Both the position numbers and the translations under genes were made by a program. Shown here in pieces: positions 40,078 to 54,137 of a DNA stretch of 64,000 bases (the stretch's first letter is position 1; every line of letters starts with the position of its first letter). The DNA lies in assembly GCF_001194135.2 (NCBI RefSeq), contig NC_068983.1:30669253-30733252 (forward strand). The letters run 5' to 3'. The stretch is from Octopus bimaculoides. Its lineage: Eukaryota. The notes below the pieces were generated by a model. The model saw only the letters and a program-made list of their open reading frames with translations, was not told the origin of the DNA and made no database searches.

Positions 40078-40367
40078 NNNNNNNNNNNNNNNNNNNNNNN
40101 NNNNNNNNNNNNNNNNNNNNNNNNNNNNNNNNNNNNNNNNNNNNNNNNNNNNNNNNNNNNNNNNNNNNNNNNNNNNNNNNNNNNNNNNNNNNNNNNNNNN
40201 NNNNNNNNNNNNNNNNNNNNNNNNNNNNNNNNNNNNNNNNNNNNNNNNNNNNNNNNNNNNNNNNNNNNNNNNNNNNNNNNNNNNNNNNNNNNNNNNTTGC
40301 TCGACTAAAGGCGGTGCTCCAGTATGGCCACAGTCAAATGACTGAAACAAGTAAAAGAGTAAAAGAG
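39876..40367 (+). mobile_element. SINE-A spanning an N-gap
   Basis: Head before the gap and tail after it; the gap replaces the (TA)n middle. Confidence 0.85.
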
Positions 40368-41098
40368 TATGGCTATTCAGTGAAAAATACAGAATATTCC
40401 AAATTGTAGGCGAACTCGAGAGGCAGTTCTTTCATCCCCATCAAATTTATTACTCTCATACATCTTTTGTAATAAATGCTGGATGTAGTTGGCCACAATA
40501 TCTGCTTGATTAAACTTACTGATCGCAGCTTAATTAAATTGGCCAGTTAAAAAGATTCAGATCCAAAAAATTTCAAAGTCTTCTGAGCAAAACTTAGGTA
40601 AATATAGTTCAATGGAATAAATATATACCAGAAGGAAAAGATAATTCTAACATTTTAAGTAGAGCTCTTCACCAATATGAAATTTATTCTATTTTGTGAA
40701 ATTTAGCAAAATAATTGACACATAGAATTTAAATGGGCCTCATGTAAGTGAGGGACAAGGTGGGGGGGAAACATGACCTTTGACTGCGGGGTATTGTGGA
40801 GGCAATGATAAGTGACTGAGACCTGTAAAGCTGAGTGAAAGCATAGTTGTGACCATTGCCAGTGTCATGTAAATGGCACATTCATGGCTGTTACTGAATG
40901 TGCCATTCAGTAACATGGTTGTGGCACATAAAAATCACCCATTACACTTTTGGAGTGGTTGATGTTAGGAAGGACATCCAACCATAGAAACCATGCTGAA
41001 ACAGACTGGAACCTGGTACAGCTCTCCAGCTTACCAGGTCCATTCAAACCATCTAAACCATACCAGCATGGAAAGCAAATGTTAAATGATGATGATGA

Positions 41099-41898
41099 GC
41101 AAGAAATTGTGAATGAAAAGAGTTGTAGCAAAATTTGTGCCTCGCTTGCTCATGGAAAATCAAAAGCAACCACAACTGAATGAGTATTGTGGCCTGAAAG
41201 AACAGTTGGAAGTTGATCTGGACTTTTTTTCAAAGGTCATCACTGATGATGAAAGCTGGTGTTATGGTTACGGCCCTGAAATAAAGCAGCAGTCAAGTCA
41301 ATGGAAGCATTCAGTGTCACTATGCCTCAAAAAAGCACTTCAAGTGAAGCCCAATGTCAAGACGATGCTGGTTTGTTTCATTGATGCGAAAGTAATTGTC
41401 CACACAGAATTTGTTTCTCCTGGCCATACAGTTAGCCAGACTTTTTACTTGGCAATTTTGAAGCATTTATGAGATGCAGTGAGATGAAAATGCCCTGACC
41501 TGTGGCAAAGTGGAGAGTGGTGGTTTCATCTTGAAAATGTGCCTGAGCATACTATCTTGAGTATGAGACAGTTTTTGACCAAAAATGGCATGACCCACCT
41601 TACCCACCCTTCCTGTTCACCCAGTCTTTCTTCTGTAACTTTTTGTTCCCCTGAATGAAAAAAGTCCTTGAAGGAAAATGTCTTGCAGATGTGGAATAGG
41701 TGAAAAAATATGATGGAGTAGTTAAAAGTATCACTTCACAAGACTTCCAGAACTGTGTTAAAGGGTGGGAAACACATCTGGACTGATGCATTGCTTCAAA
41801 TGGAGAATACTTTGACGGTGATAAACATGTAAACATGTAAAACTAAGTGAATGAAATTATATTGCAAAATTCTTGTTTCTTTTGGGTATCCCCTCACA
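41099..41898 (+). pseudogene. Mariner (DD34D) transposase, 5'-truncated and decayed, with right TIR
   Basis: MKRVVAKFVPRLL...KVITDDESWCYGYGPEIKQQSSQW...WQSGEWWFHLENVPEH...HPSCSPSL...CIASNGEYFDGDK matches WVPRxL, TGDESW, HHDNAPAH, YSPDLAP and GEYFEGD. TIR-like tttttgggtatcccctcaca at 41879-41898. Confidence 0.93.
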
Positions 41899-42799
41899 TG
41901 GTGGGCTTCTTTCAATTACTGTCTACCAACTTCACTCACAAGACTTTGGATAGCCTGGGACTAGAGTAGAAGAAACTTCCCCAAGGTGCCAAACAGAAGG
42001 ACAAAACCTGAAACCATGTGGTTGGGAAACAAACTTCTCAACTGCACAGCCAAGCCTGCGCCTATCATAAATAAAAAAAACAACAAAATATCCCTTAGGG
42101 AATTTTATTTCTCACCTAGACAGTTTGGTTGTAGAAATAATGAGACTACTGGGCAATGAGCATAAATTATTCACACTTTAATACTTCAATAGAGTGTTTT
42201 CAGCCAATTGGAACCTATTTTTGTTTTTCATTTCAGCTTTAGCAAACACGTCATTTATTTCATTGTTATTACTTGAGAAAACTGATGACATTATGGTTTA
42301 AATTTTTTAAAAAATACTGGTTATATGTTAAAAAAAAACAATATGGTGAAAAGAAAGCAAAAAATGCTGGTTGTTTTTGAAAATTTCATTGTTCATGGTT
42401 TATAAATTTTCCTGTTGAAAGAAAAGGAGTTATTTAGTGGGTGGTGTGTAGGTGATATACATTGTGGTAGTGGTGGCAGTAACTAATCTACTGAACAACT
42501 ATAATATTCAGTCAACATAATTAACTGACATTTGAGCTAGTCATTTGCCCAACCTGAAGTTATAGCAACTATTTGGTATGTTGGTAGATAGAGTTGCCTT
42601 GACAACTGGTTGAAATTTAAACTATCATCCACTTGAGGTGTGGCCAAGGCTGAGTAGATAAAGTGTGGTCCTTCTCAGCCAAAGAGCTGTGAGTCACTGG
42701 CGCTGTGCTGCACTAGACATCTTATGACCTCAGTGCTGTTGTACTGTGCAATGTACAACACAGTGAACATCCCCTGATCTTATTTATTTACAAACTGAT

Positions 42800-43260
42800 T
42801 AAGTAGGTAGTGTTGGTTGTGGCTAACTATAATAAGGCTAACTGTAGTAAGGACTATAGTAGTGAAATAGTAGCTGTAGAAATACTGTGGTGGCAGTACT
42901 GGTAACTGCAGCGATATTGTAGGGTCGTCGTGATGGCTGTGGTACTGACTGTGGTACTGACTGTGGTGTAACTGTAATAATATGGTCGGGGCTGGTTGCA
43001 ATGATATGGTGATGGTTGCTGAAATGTTGTGGTTTTTGCAGTGGTAGGATGGTAGCCTATAACAGTGTGGTGGTGACTTTACAGGTGTTGCTGTGATTGG
43101 CTGTGATGTAGCATGGTAGCGGCTGCAGTGATGCAGTGGTGACCACAGCAATGTGTAGGTAACTGTATTGCAATGCAGTGATGTGGGAGTGACTGTAGTA
43201 GTATAGTAATGTCTTAAGTGGTATAATGGTGGATGATTGCAGTGGAAAAATGGCTGATAT
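42800..43260. repeat. Cryptic G/T-rich simple repeat (actgtggt/gtaactg-like)
   Basis: C-poor degenerate short-period repeats. They explain the low-complexity ORFs at 42780-43326. Confidence 0.55.
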
Positions 43261-43474
43261 ATGATAATAATATTGGTCTTGAAGTTTGGCACAAGGCCAG
43301 AAATTTAGGGGAGGGGGCCTAGTCAATTATATTGACCCAGGATTCAGCTGGTATTTATTTTATTTACCAAGAAAGGATAAAAGGCAAAGTTGACTCTGGC
43401 AACATCTGAACTAAAAAAAATGTAAAGATGAATGAAACATCTCTAAGCATTTTGTCTGGCATATTAATGATTCT

Positions 43475-43707
43475 TATTTCTTTATTGCCCACAAGGGGCT
43501 AAACATAGAGGGGACGAACAAGGACAAACAAAGGGATTAAGTCGATTACATTGACTCCAATGCGTAACTGGTACTTATTTAATCGACCTCAAAAAGATGA
43601 AAGGCAAAGTCGACCTCGGCAGAATTTGAACTCAGAACATAGCAGCAGACGAAATACCGCTAAGCATTTCACCCGGCGTTCAAACGTTTCTGCCAGCTTG
43701 CTACCTT
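43475..43707 (-). mobile_element. Young SINE-B inserted in the head of an older SINE-B
   Basis: Exact 16-bp TSD gcatattaatgattct at 43459-43474 and 43708-43723. Confidence 0.9.
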
Positions 43708-44231
43708 GCATATTAATGATTCTGTCAGATCACTGCCATGATATATGATATTGATATTAATTTAAGATTTTGGTACAAGGTGCTATGGATGACACTATCC
43801 CAAAGTGTGCATACATGTGGCTGGGGACCACATGTGAACTTGTATTCCCACTGAAATTCAAAAAAATTACAGAGCCAGCTCAACCCACTCTGAATGAATG
43901 TCACCACATGTACAAGTTGTACTGTCTCCTCACTGAATTAGCATGTAAGTGGCTGAATATTCCACAGACATATTATACCTTTAATGCTCTTCTTAGACAG
44001 TATGACAATGTGACAAGGCCAGACCTTTAAGTTACAGGCACAGTTTATCTAATGGTCTTCCACACATCATCATCATCATCATCATCATCACTTTAATGTC
44101 CACTTTGCCATACTTGCATGGGTCAGACGAATTTGTTGAGTTAGATCAGTAGTTCTCAACCACGATCCATATGACCCTTGGGGGTCCATACAAGATTTTG
44201 CTGCTAAAATTTATATGCAAGAAATTGCTTA

Positions 44232-44345
44232 TATGAGGTAGTATCAAAAAGTCCCCAGATTAGTTCTATAGCGCACCAACAGATGGCAGCATGTACAGTG
44301 AGAGCTAGCAGTGACCTTCATGAAGCAGTGTGTTGAGTGACATTT
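44232..44345 (+). mobile_element. Mariner-type left end (TIR plus 5' leader)
   Basis: ta-tgaggtagtatcaaaaagtccccagattagttctatagcgcaccaacagatggcagca resembles mariner left termini (TACGAGG...CAAAAAG). Confidence 0.55.
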
Positions 44346-44508
44346 CTGTGTTTACTTCTTTACATTCTGAGTTCAAATTCTGCCAGGGTTGACTTTGCCA
44401 TTCGTCTCTTTTAGGGTCAGCAAAATAAGTACCAATTGAACACTGGGGTTGATGTAATTCACTTAGCCCTTTCCCTGAAATTGCTGGCCTTGTGCCAAAA
44501 TAATAATA

Positions 44509-44562
<54 letters not shown>

Positions 44563-47524
44563 AATAATAATAATAATAATAATAAAGCAGTGAGCTGGCT
44601 GAATCATTAGCATGCTGGAAGAAAATGCTTAATGGCATTTCATGTTGTTATGTTCTGAGTTCAAATTTCATTGAGGTCAAATTTGCCTTTTATTCTTTTG
44701 GGGTCAATAAATAAGCACCAGTTAAGCACTGGGGTTGATGTAATCAACTAGCCCCCTCCCCCCAAAATTTCTTGCCTTGTGCCTATATGAGAAAGGATTC
44801 TTATTACTATTTTTATTATAAAAATGAATTCATTGTACAAACCATTGAGAACACTGTTCAATGTTCATCTCTTCTATTAGCATTTCTTACTTAAGTTGAC
44901 TGACCAATCTAACAAATATATGTTGTTGCAACACAGTGAAACTGTTCAACCTTTACTGACCAGATTTATAACAACAATAGACCACTTGTGTGGTTTTATT
45001 AAATTTCAAAATATTTAGGTTTATTAAATACAGCTATTTATTGACAGTTGTTGTTCAGCTCAAATGGGGTAGGCCAATAATCTTTTTGTAAATGATAGAC
45101 TGTGTTGTCGAATGTACCCCTTCTTAAGATGGTAGGGTGACTTGAGGGGAATTTGGCTACTATTTCTAGCAAATTGAATGACCACAACCATGTAAGGTAT
45201 TTTTTTATTTAGTGGTGTATTAAACTTGTGCTTAACTATGCCATAATGAGATTTTGTTCAAGATTTTGACTATCCTACAGACTATCATTTTGAGGTCAAA
45301 CCCTACATTACTGAAATCTTGAACAACATAAATAATTGTTTGCTTTAGTTTGTCAGTGTTGGTGAAACAGGCTTCATTTCTACTTCAAATATGAAGTAGT
45401 TAATATTGATTTCAAATTCTGGCATAAGGTCAGCGATTTTTGGAGAGAGGGCAATAAGTCAATTACATTGGCCCCAGTGTTCAACTGGTACTTATTTAAT
45501 CAACCCTGAAAGGGATAAAAAACAAAGCTGACCTCAGAAGAATTTGAACTCAGAACATAAAGACAGACAAAATGCCACTAAGCATATTTCCTGGCATGCT
45601 AACATGTCTGCTGGTTTGCTACCTTTGAAATAATTAATATTAAGAAGTTAAAATCCTATTAAGGTCATCTTTATCATTCTTCCTTTTGAGGTTAATAAAA
45701 TAAGTACCAGTTAAGTATGACAGTTGATTATGCCCAGAATACATGACCTAGTAGAAAATGTTTGAAATCAACGCTCGGAAGGGGCATCCATCCAATAGTA
45801 AATCAATAACTCTGACAGAAAGCATCCCACCTATTAAAGATGGGAGGAATGAATGTAAAATAGCTGGCTGAACACTATACAGCAAAAAATCAAACTCACT
45901 CCCCAATGAATTCAATAATTAATTTTAATTAATTAACATTTTGGGTTTGTCTTCCCTGTTTATTGTAGCTAGAATTCATTATTTAGGAAATGATTACTCT
46001 CATTACTAAAGAGTGTGGTAATAATCAATTAAAGTTCCTTGGCTCGTTAAATCAAGCATGCTGGCATCCACCTTAAACATTAATACAAGTGAATTTGGTA
46101 CAGAAATGAAATATCAATTCAATTCATTCTCAAAAACTTTTGGACATGGACTAAAGAAAGCAAGACACTCTTTGCTTACCAACAGTATCTAGTACAATAA
46201 AAGAATTATGGGATATACAGTGTTGTGAAACCAGTTGAGAATACAACATTCCTGACATGTGTGAGCAATGAAATGTTAATGCAATATCATTATTGTGAGT
46301 GTTTTACATCAGTTTTTTTCTGAGATGATTTTTCTAGAGTAGGGGTTTATGACTAGATGTTCTTCTTGTCATCAGCCCTTTTAGTTACCTCTAATGATGC
46401 ACTGGGAATGTGTTATACAGCAAAATAGTTGAGTGGGTAGAGTGTGGGATCAATTTTATCATTATGAATATCTTGAGAGTTAAATCTACAGCATGCATTT
46501 ATCTGAATGCCTATTTTGTAGCAGTCCACTTAATTCTGAGAAGATCAGTTCATTTAGCTATGGACAATAAGTGCCAGTTCCTCTGGGAATGCTATCTGAG
46601 ATAAAACTGGTGTTTTGTGCAATCTAATGATAAATCTATTTTTCATGTATTTATGTCATTAAATTTCACAACTGGAGAACAATAGTGTCGTTGATAAAAG
46701 ATTTCCAACAGGTCATGCTCTAGTTCACAAAATTTCTGACAGTAAGAGTGACAGGGAAGTTTTCTGCAGTTCAATCCAGAACAAATATTTCAAGGGAATT
46801 AAAGCACCATATTTTTTATTACTTTTATTATTACTTTCTATTACTTATATTATTTAAAGAATTCGTTTTTAAAACATCATATCTTTTATTACTTCTCTTG
46901 AGCTAAGAGATTCATTAGGCCAGAGTTTATTTCAGTTTCATTGGCATTTAAGTGACTAAATGTACAAGTCATCCCAATAAAAGAGACACCAGTCTATTTC
47001 AGGGTTAAACTCCTCCTCTGACCAGGTTTCACTGGTACTCTTTACTGCTGATTGGACAGAAGTGATGTGAAATGAAGCATTTTGCTCAAAAACTGAAAAA
47101 ACTAAAATATATATGCAAACATGGCTATGTGGTTATTAAGCTTGATTTGCAACCATGTGGTTTTAGGCTCAGTCCGACTGCATGGCACCTTCTTCTATTA
47201 TAACCATGGGCTGACCAATGCAGTGTGAATAAATTTGGTAGACTGTGTGGAAGCCTATTTGTCCCTCTCCATCCTTTGACGAATAGTGTTGGTTTGTTTT
47301 TTTTACATCTCTGTAATTTAGCAGTTCAGCAAAAAGGAATGATAGAATTAGTACCAAATTTAAGAAATAAATACTAGGGCTGATTTGTTTGATTAAACCC
47401 TTCAAGGCAGTACCCCAGCATGGCCACAGTCAAATGAGTGAAGCAAGTATAAGGCAGAAGATACATATATGTGTGTGGGTGTGTGTATGTGCCTCTGTGC
47501 ATTTATGAGTTTACACTTTTTACA

Positions 47525-47924
47525 CTTTTACTTGTTTCAGTCATTTGACTGTGGCCATGCTGGAGCACCACCTTTATTCGAGCAAATCGACCCCAGGACT
47601 TATTCTTTGTAAGCCTAGTACTTATTCTATCGGGCTCTTTTGCCGAACCGCTAAGTTACGGGGATGTAAACACACCACCATCGGTTGTCAAGCGATGTTG
47701 GGGGGAACAAACATAGACACAAACATATATACACATACACACATTTATATATACGTATATATGATGGGCTTCTTTCAGTTTCCGTCTACCAAATCCACTC
47801 ACAAGGCTTTGGTCGGCCCGAGGCTATAGTAGAAGACGCTTGCCCAAGGTGCCACGCAGTGGGACTGAACCCAGAACCATGTGGTTGGTAAGCAAGCTAC
47901 TTACCACACAGCCACTCCTACGCC
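47525..47924 (-). mobile_element. Full-length young SINE-A, tail-to-tail with a diverged SINE-A at 47115-47455 (+)
   Basis: Reverse complement of 8042-8409. Confidence 0.9.
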
Positions 47925-48169
47925 TAGTATGTATATGTTTGTGATTCTTTGTCTTGATATGGTGAGACAGCTGTAAGTGAACAGCAACACCATTTAGTAG
48001 CCATACCATTCGTTGTCAATAAAAAACATATCTGGTCAATGCGAAATATTACCTTACTTGGAAACAGGCTATGACTGACTACAGTCTCCAGTCATAGAAA
48101 ATTCCCTTTCTTAATGAAATTTTGTCGAACCCATACAAGAATGGAAAAGTGGACACTAAAACGATGACA

Positions 48170-48231
48170 CAACGATGACGATCGTAACGACAATGATAAC
48201 AATGATGATGATGAAGATGAGGACAACAACA

Positions 48232-48308
<77 letters not shown>

Positions 48309-48310
48309 AT
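48170..48310. repeat. (GAC)n(GAT)n compound triplet repeat
   Basis: Directly visible. No splice or coding context. Confidence 0.9.
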
Positions 48311-48607
48311 GGTAAATAGTTTCCTGAATATCAAAGATATTGCCACAACCAAACTATAGACAGCTACTTAGCTGTAACAATTAATTGGTTGCAGAGTATC
48401 AAATATGCTGGTTACTATGGCATCTGGTTGGTTGTTTATGGTTTGTCTAATCTATTGCCTATATAAAGTTCCCAAAGTAATGTTTACAATACCAATTGCC
48501 CGAAGGCTTATACTTCAGAAAGCACATGCGATTGTATATGTGTGTGTGGGTGTATACATGCACGTGTGTGTGTGTGTATGTGTGGCTGGGTGGGTAGGTG
48601 TATACAT

Positions 48608-48651
<44 letters not shown>

Positions 48652-49062
48652 ATGTCTGTAAAAAAGAGGGGAGAGATGTGATAAAGATGTGATAGAGAAG
48701 AGAGGGGGGGGGGGGGCAAACGCAAATGTATGTACGTATTGAGGATGTGTAGATAATAAGATACGTGTGTATGTATATGTGTATGGTTGATGAAGCAAAT
48801 GTGTATGCGTGAGTGGTGTTTGTGGCATTTATAGTATAGGTAGGTTATGAGTGTATGATGTGAGAGCCTGAAAGTGGTTCATACATCTGTGTGTGTGTGT
48901 GTGTGTGCGTGCGTGTGTGTGTGTGTGTGTGTGTGGGCAGTGTGTGCATGTGAGTGGGCAGTGTGTATATGTAGGTGTTGAATGTATGTAGATGTGATAC
49001 ATATGAGTGTACATGGGGCTAATAATGTGTGTATGGGCATATCACAAAATATCTATGTGTAC

Positions 49063-49112
<50 letters not shown>

Positions 49113-49360
49113 CTACATGCGTAGAGATATGTAAATGTGTGTGTGAATGAGGAAGTGAGGGGTGTGAGACTGAGCACATGCATGTGTGTGTGTGTGTATG
49201 TACACGCTTTTGCATCTATTACACTAAGTATACGTATATAAACAACATGGTATATGTTTACTTTAAAAAAAAGAAAGAATTTAAACAAACATGCTTTGTT
49301 ATGTATACTTAGAGTGGTACAGCATGTATGCATGAAGATATATATATATATATATATGTG

Positions 49361-49393
<33 letters not shown>

Positions 49394-49481
49394 GTATATA
49401 TATATGTATATATACATACACATGTATTTATATGTTTATATGCATTTATACATACACATACATATGTTTGCATGCATTATA

Positions 49482-49518
<37 letters not shown>

Positions 49519-49728
49519 ATGTATATGTTTGTATATATATCCATATATATATATATACACACACACTCATAAATACACACACACACACATTTATATATAT
49601 ATATATATAGATAGATACATACATACATATATACGTACATATTTATATACATTTATACATAGACATACATACGTTTGTATCCATACACCTGTGTATGTGT
49701 ATACACACACACACAACACACGCACGCA

Positions 49729-49793
<65 letters not shown>

Positions 49794-52700
49794 GATACAC
49801 ATATTTTTGTATCAACTATTATGGAGAGAAGGCAGTGCCTACATCCCATCATAGGGCCTCTGAAACTAGTGGAAAGGGGGTGGATGAAAATATGCTCAAA
49901 CCAGAAACCAAAACTGAATGCATGCAACACTGTATAGATTCTGTTAAACGCACTCACACCCTACTTGGGTTGTAGACAGCACTTTCACATAGTTTAACAT
50001 GGGGTGAAGGGTTAAATCTATCACTCAAATATGCCATAAAAGATTTTGAACACAGAACATAAAGAGCTAAAAAAAAACGCTGCAAGGCATCTAGTCTCAA
50101 CCTCAATGAATGAAAGATAAAGTTAATCTTGGCAAGATTTGAATTCTGAGGTTGTTATATATATATGCATGTATGTGTGTGTGTTTGTGTGTGCATGTGT
50201 GTATGTGTGCATATGTTTGTATGTGTGTATAATTATTTCTCCTTGTCTTGATACCACAAGATAGTTTGTAAATGAGTATCACTGTCATACAAGCAGTGTC
50301 GTTCATTTCTGATTTTCTGTGAAAAACATGTCTGGCTATGGGGAAATCTTATCTTGTTTGGAAACAGGTGAGGGTTGGCACTTAATCATAGAAATCTACC
50401 TCAATAAACTCCACCCGACCCAATCAGGCTGGATAAGGGGAACATCAAAAGGATGAAGATGAAGTAGAATGAGTTCTCTTTTACTTAAAATCTGTCGTAT
50501 GTAGTGATCACCCTTTTTCTGTGCATGTGTGTGTGTGTGTGCGTGTGCGTGTGTATGTGTGTGTGTGTGTGTGTGTGTGCGTGCAAGCATGTTTGTGCGT
50601 TTGTTTGTATTCATTTTACAAATAACGTAACTTAGCTATTCGATAAATACAGCTTGATAAAATAATCCTTTTTTACTGTAGGCACAAGGCCTGAAATTTC
50701 AGAGGAAGAGTCTAATCAATTACATCAACCCCAGTATTCAACTGGTACTTATTTAATTAATCCCAAAAGAATGAAAGGCAAAGACAACTCAGCAGAAGTT
50801 GAACTCAGAACCTAAATATGGGCAAAATGCTGCTGAGCATTTTGTCTGGCATGCTAATGATTCTTCTAGTTCACTGCCTTATAGCTTGATAAAATGATAA
50901 CACATTGTAATATATAATGATGTCAATATAACTGCTTTAAAAAGCCTTGATGGCAGTGCTCTAGCATGGCCACAGTCTAATAACTGAAGCCAGTTAAAGA
51001 ATATATTCTAAAAAATTGGTATTTCATCTGGTACTATCATTTCTACCACAGCCTTGTTCCAACTAGGTCTTATAATTAAATTGTAATGACATACAATTAG
51101 TGCTTCAGTGACATGTAATTAGTGTTGTAGAGGCATAATTAGTAATGCCCTAGAATATAATGTGTACTACAGATGTTAGAAGATGAACAAAGTGGAAAAT
51201 GTTTGCTAACAAAAGGCTTCTCTTCCTCCCAACATCACCACTCCCTTTTTGTCTTTCCACCCAGAAGATAAACCATTTACAGTGAGGATTTCTATTGTTG
51301 TTTAACCCCAGGATATTCCTGATCAAGCAGACTTATGATCAAAGGTGTTTCAGACAATCATTCCATCTTATTTTCTTTCAAACTTGTCTTTCATTTTTAA
51401 GATGGTAAGGTATGATATAGGAGACATTTAGCTGCTCTTTTTAGCACTTACTGACCTATAGAAACTTATAGAAGTTTATATAAGAATAGGCTGTGACATG
51501 TCAGTGAAACCAGAGCACTAAATGCACTGGTTTACTCTACTTGTTTCAGTCATTTGACTGTGGCCATGCTGGAGCACCGCCTTTAGTTGAGAAAATTGAC
51601 CCCAGGACTTATTCTTTGGATGCCTAGTACTTATTCTATCGGTTTCTTTTGCCGAACTGCTAAGTTACGGGGACATAAACACACCACCATCGGTTGTCAA
51701 GCGATGTTGGTGGGACAAACACAGACACAAACATATACGGATCTTGTTCAAAACAGGGGCACCAGTATTTTCTTAACAAAACACTTTGAAACTTTGGACA
51801 CTGGTAGAATGTGTCATATAAAACATCTTTTTCTCTTAGTCTTCTTAACAAAAAAACCTACATCGCAAGTTATTTCATGTTAAAGTTGTCGTATTTCTGT
51901 AATTTCAACNNNNNNNNNNNNNNNNNNNNNNNNNNNNNNNNNNNNNNNNNNNNNNNNNNNNNNNNNNNNNNNNNNNNNNNNNNNNNNNNNNNNNNNNNNN
52001 NNNNNNNNNNNNNNNNNNNNNNNNNNNNNNNNNNNNNNNNNNNNNNNNNNNNNNNNNNNNNNNNNNNNNNNNNNNNNNNNNNNNNNNNNNNNNNNNNNNN
52101 NNNNNNNNNNNNNNNNNNNNNNNNNNNNNNNNNNNNNNNNNNNNNNNNNNNNNNNNNNNNNNNNNNNNNNNNNNNNNNNNNNNNNNNNNNNNNNNNNNNN
52201 NNNNNNNNNNNNNNNNNNNNNNNNNNNNNNNNNNNNNNNNNNNNNNNNNNNNNNNNNNNNNNNNNNNNNNNNNNNNNNNNNNNNNNNNNNNNNNNNNNNN
52301 NNNNNNNNNNNNNNNNNNNNNNNNNNNNNNNNNNNNNNNNNNNNNNNNNNNNNNNNNNNNNNNNNNNNNNNNNNNNNNNNNNNNNNNNNNNNNNNNNNNN
52401 NNNNNNNNNNNNNNNNNNNNNNNNNNNNNNNNNNNNNNNNNNNNNNNNNNNNNNNNNNNNNNNNNNNNNNNNNNNNNNNNNNNNNNNNNNNNNNNNNNNN
52501 NNNNNNNNNNNNNNNNNNNNNNNNNNNNNNNNNNNNNNNNNNNNNNNNNNNNNNNNNNNNNNNNNNNNNNTATATATATATATATATATATATGACAGGC
52601 TTCTTTCAGTTTGCGTCTACCAAATCCACTCACAAGGCTTTGGTTGGCCCGAGGCTATAGTAGAAGACACTTACCCAAGGTACCACGCAGTGGGAATGAA

Positions 52701-53795
52701 CCCGGAACCATGTGGTTGGTAAGCAAGCTACTTACCACACAGCCACTCCTGCGCCTATATTTATTTGCAATTTACAAGCCTCCTGCTTTTCCAAGCTTAC
52801 CCTTGACGTATAAAACATATTTAAACCTTGCCCAGAGGGATTGATTCACATGACATCAAGGCATGTTTGTGCACAGGTAGCTTCATGTGATGCATGTCTA
52901 GCTTGTCTGGGAGGCAAGCCTTCCTCTGAGACGTGTATGGAGTATCTTCTGTTATTTGACCTATAACTGGAACCCTTGACAGGTTCTGCTAAATTGAGCC
53001 GGAGTAGACAAATTTGGGAGAAGTGGTGATAAAGGGACGGTCGTGGCTGGAAAGCCTGTCACCATTGGTCTACTCAGTCAGTATGACAGCGGATAGTGGA
53101 TAGAAACTAGTAAATAATTAATGAACAGAAATTTGTGTGAATGCATGTAGTGAATTTGTATTGTGGTTTACGTACGTAGGCATAGGTATAGTTGTGTGAT
53201 TAAGAAGCTCACTTTGCAAACTTGTGGTTTTGAGTTCAGCCCCACTGTGTGGAACTTTGGGCAAGTGATTTCTGCTATAGCTCCAGGCTGACCAATGCCT
53301 TGTGAGTAAATTTGGTTGATGGAAATTGGGTTTAGTTGCATAAATCACTCCCCATACTTATTTTTAAGCTTGGTACTTATTCTATCGGTCTCTATTGCTG
53401 AACCATTGTTTGTTAAGCATTGGGTATGAGGACATAAACAAACACAAAGACACACACATACATAAGCACACACACTTATACACACACATACACATATATA
53501 TATACACAACACGCTTCTACACAGTTTCCATCTACCAAACTCACTCACAAGGCATTGGTCAGCTCAGGGCTATAGTAGAAGATACTCGCTCATGGTGCCA
53601 TGCAGTGGAACTGAACTTGAAACCACATGGTTGCAAAGCAATCTTCTTAATCACATGGCCATGTCTACCCATTTAGTTACTGTATAACTGTGGAATTCCC
53701 TTCTGAATTATGGGTGTAAGGCTCTGGACTTCAAATTTACTGCAGTTGCTGTTGCCGGAATTTCATTTTGCTTTTGGACAGAACACTCTGTTCTT

Positions 53796-53960
53796 AGCAC
53801 CCACTACACTCTCGGAATGGTTGGCATTAGGAAGGGCATCCAGCTGTAGAAACTCTGCTAAATCAGATTGGAGCCTGGTGTAGCCATCTGGTTTGCCAGT
53901 CCTCAGTCAAATCATCCAACCCATGCTAGCATGGAAGGCGGACGTTAAACGATGATGATG
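53796..53960 (+). mobile_element. RTE 3' tail
   Basis: agcacccactacactctc...ggacgttaaacgatgatgatg. Confidence 0.9.
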
Positions 53961-54137
53961 GTGAGGCAGTAATAATACTGAGAGGTAATATTTATCCCCA
54001 CTAAGACTAAGTTACAGAGACGTAAACAAACCAATACTGGTTGTTAAGCATTGGGTGTGGGAACATAAACAAACACAAAGACACACACATACATAAGCAC
54101 ACACACTTATATGCACACACACACACACACATATATA

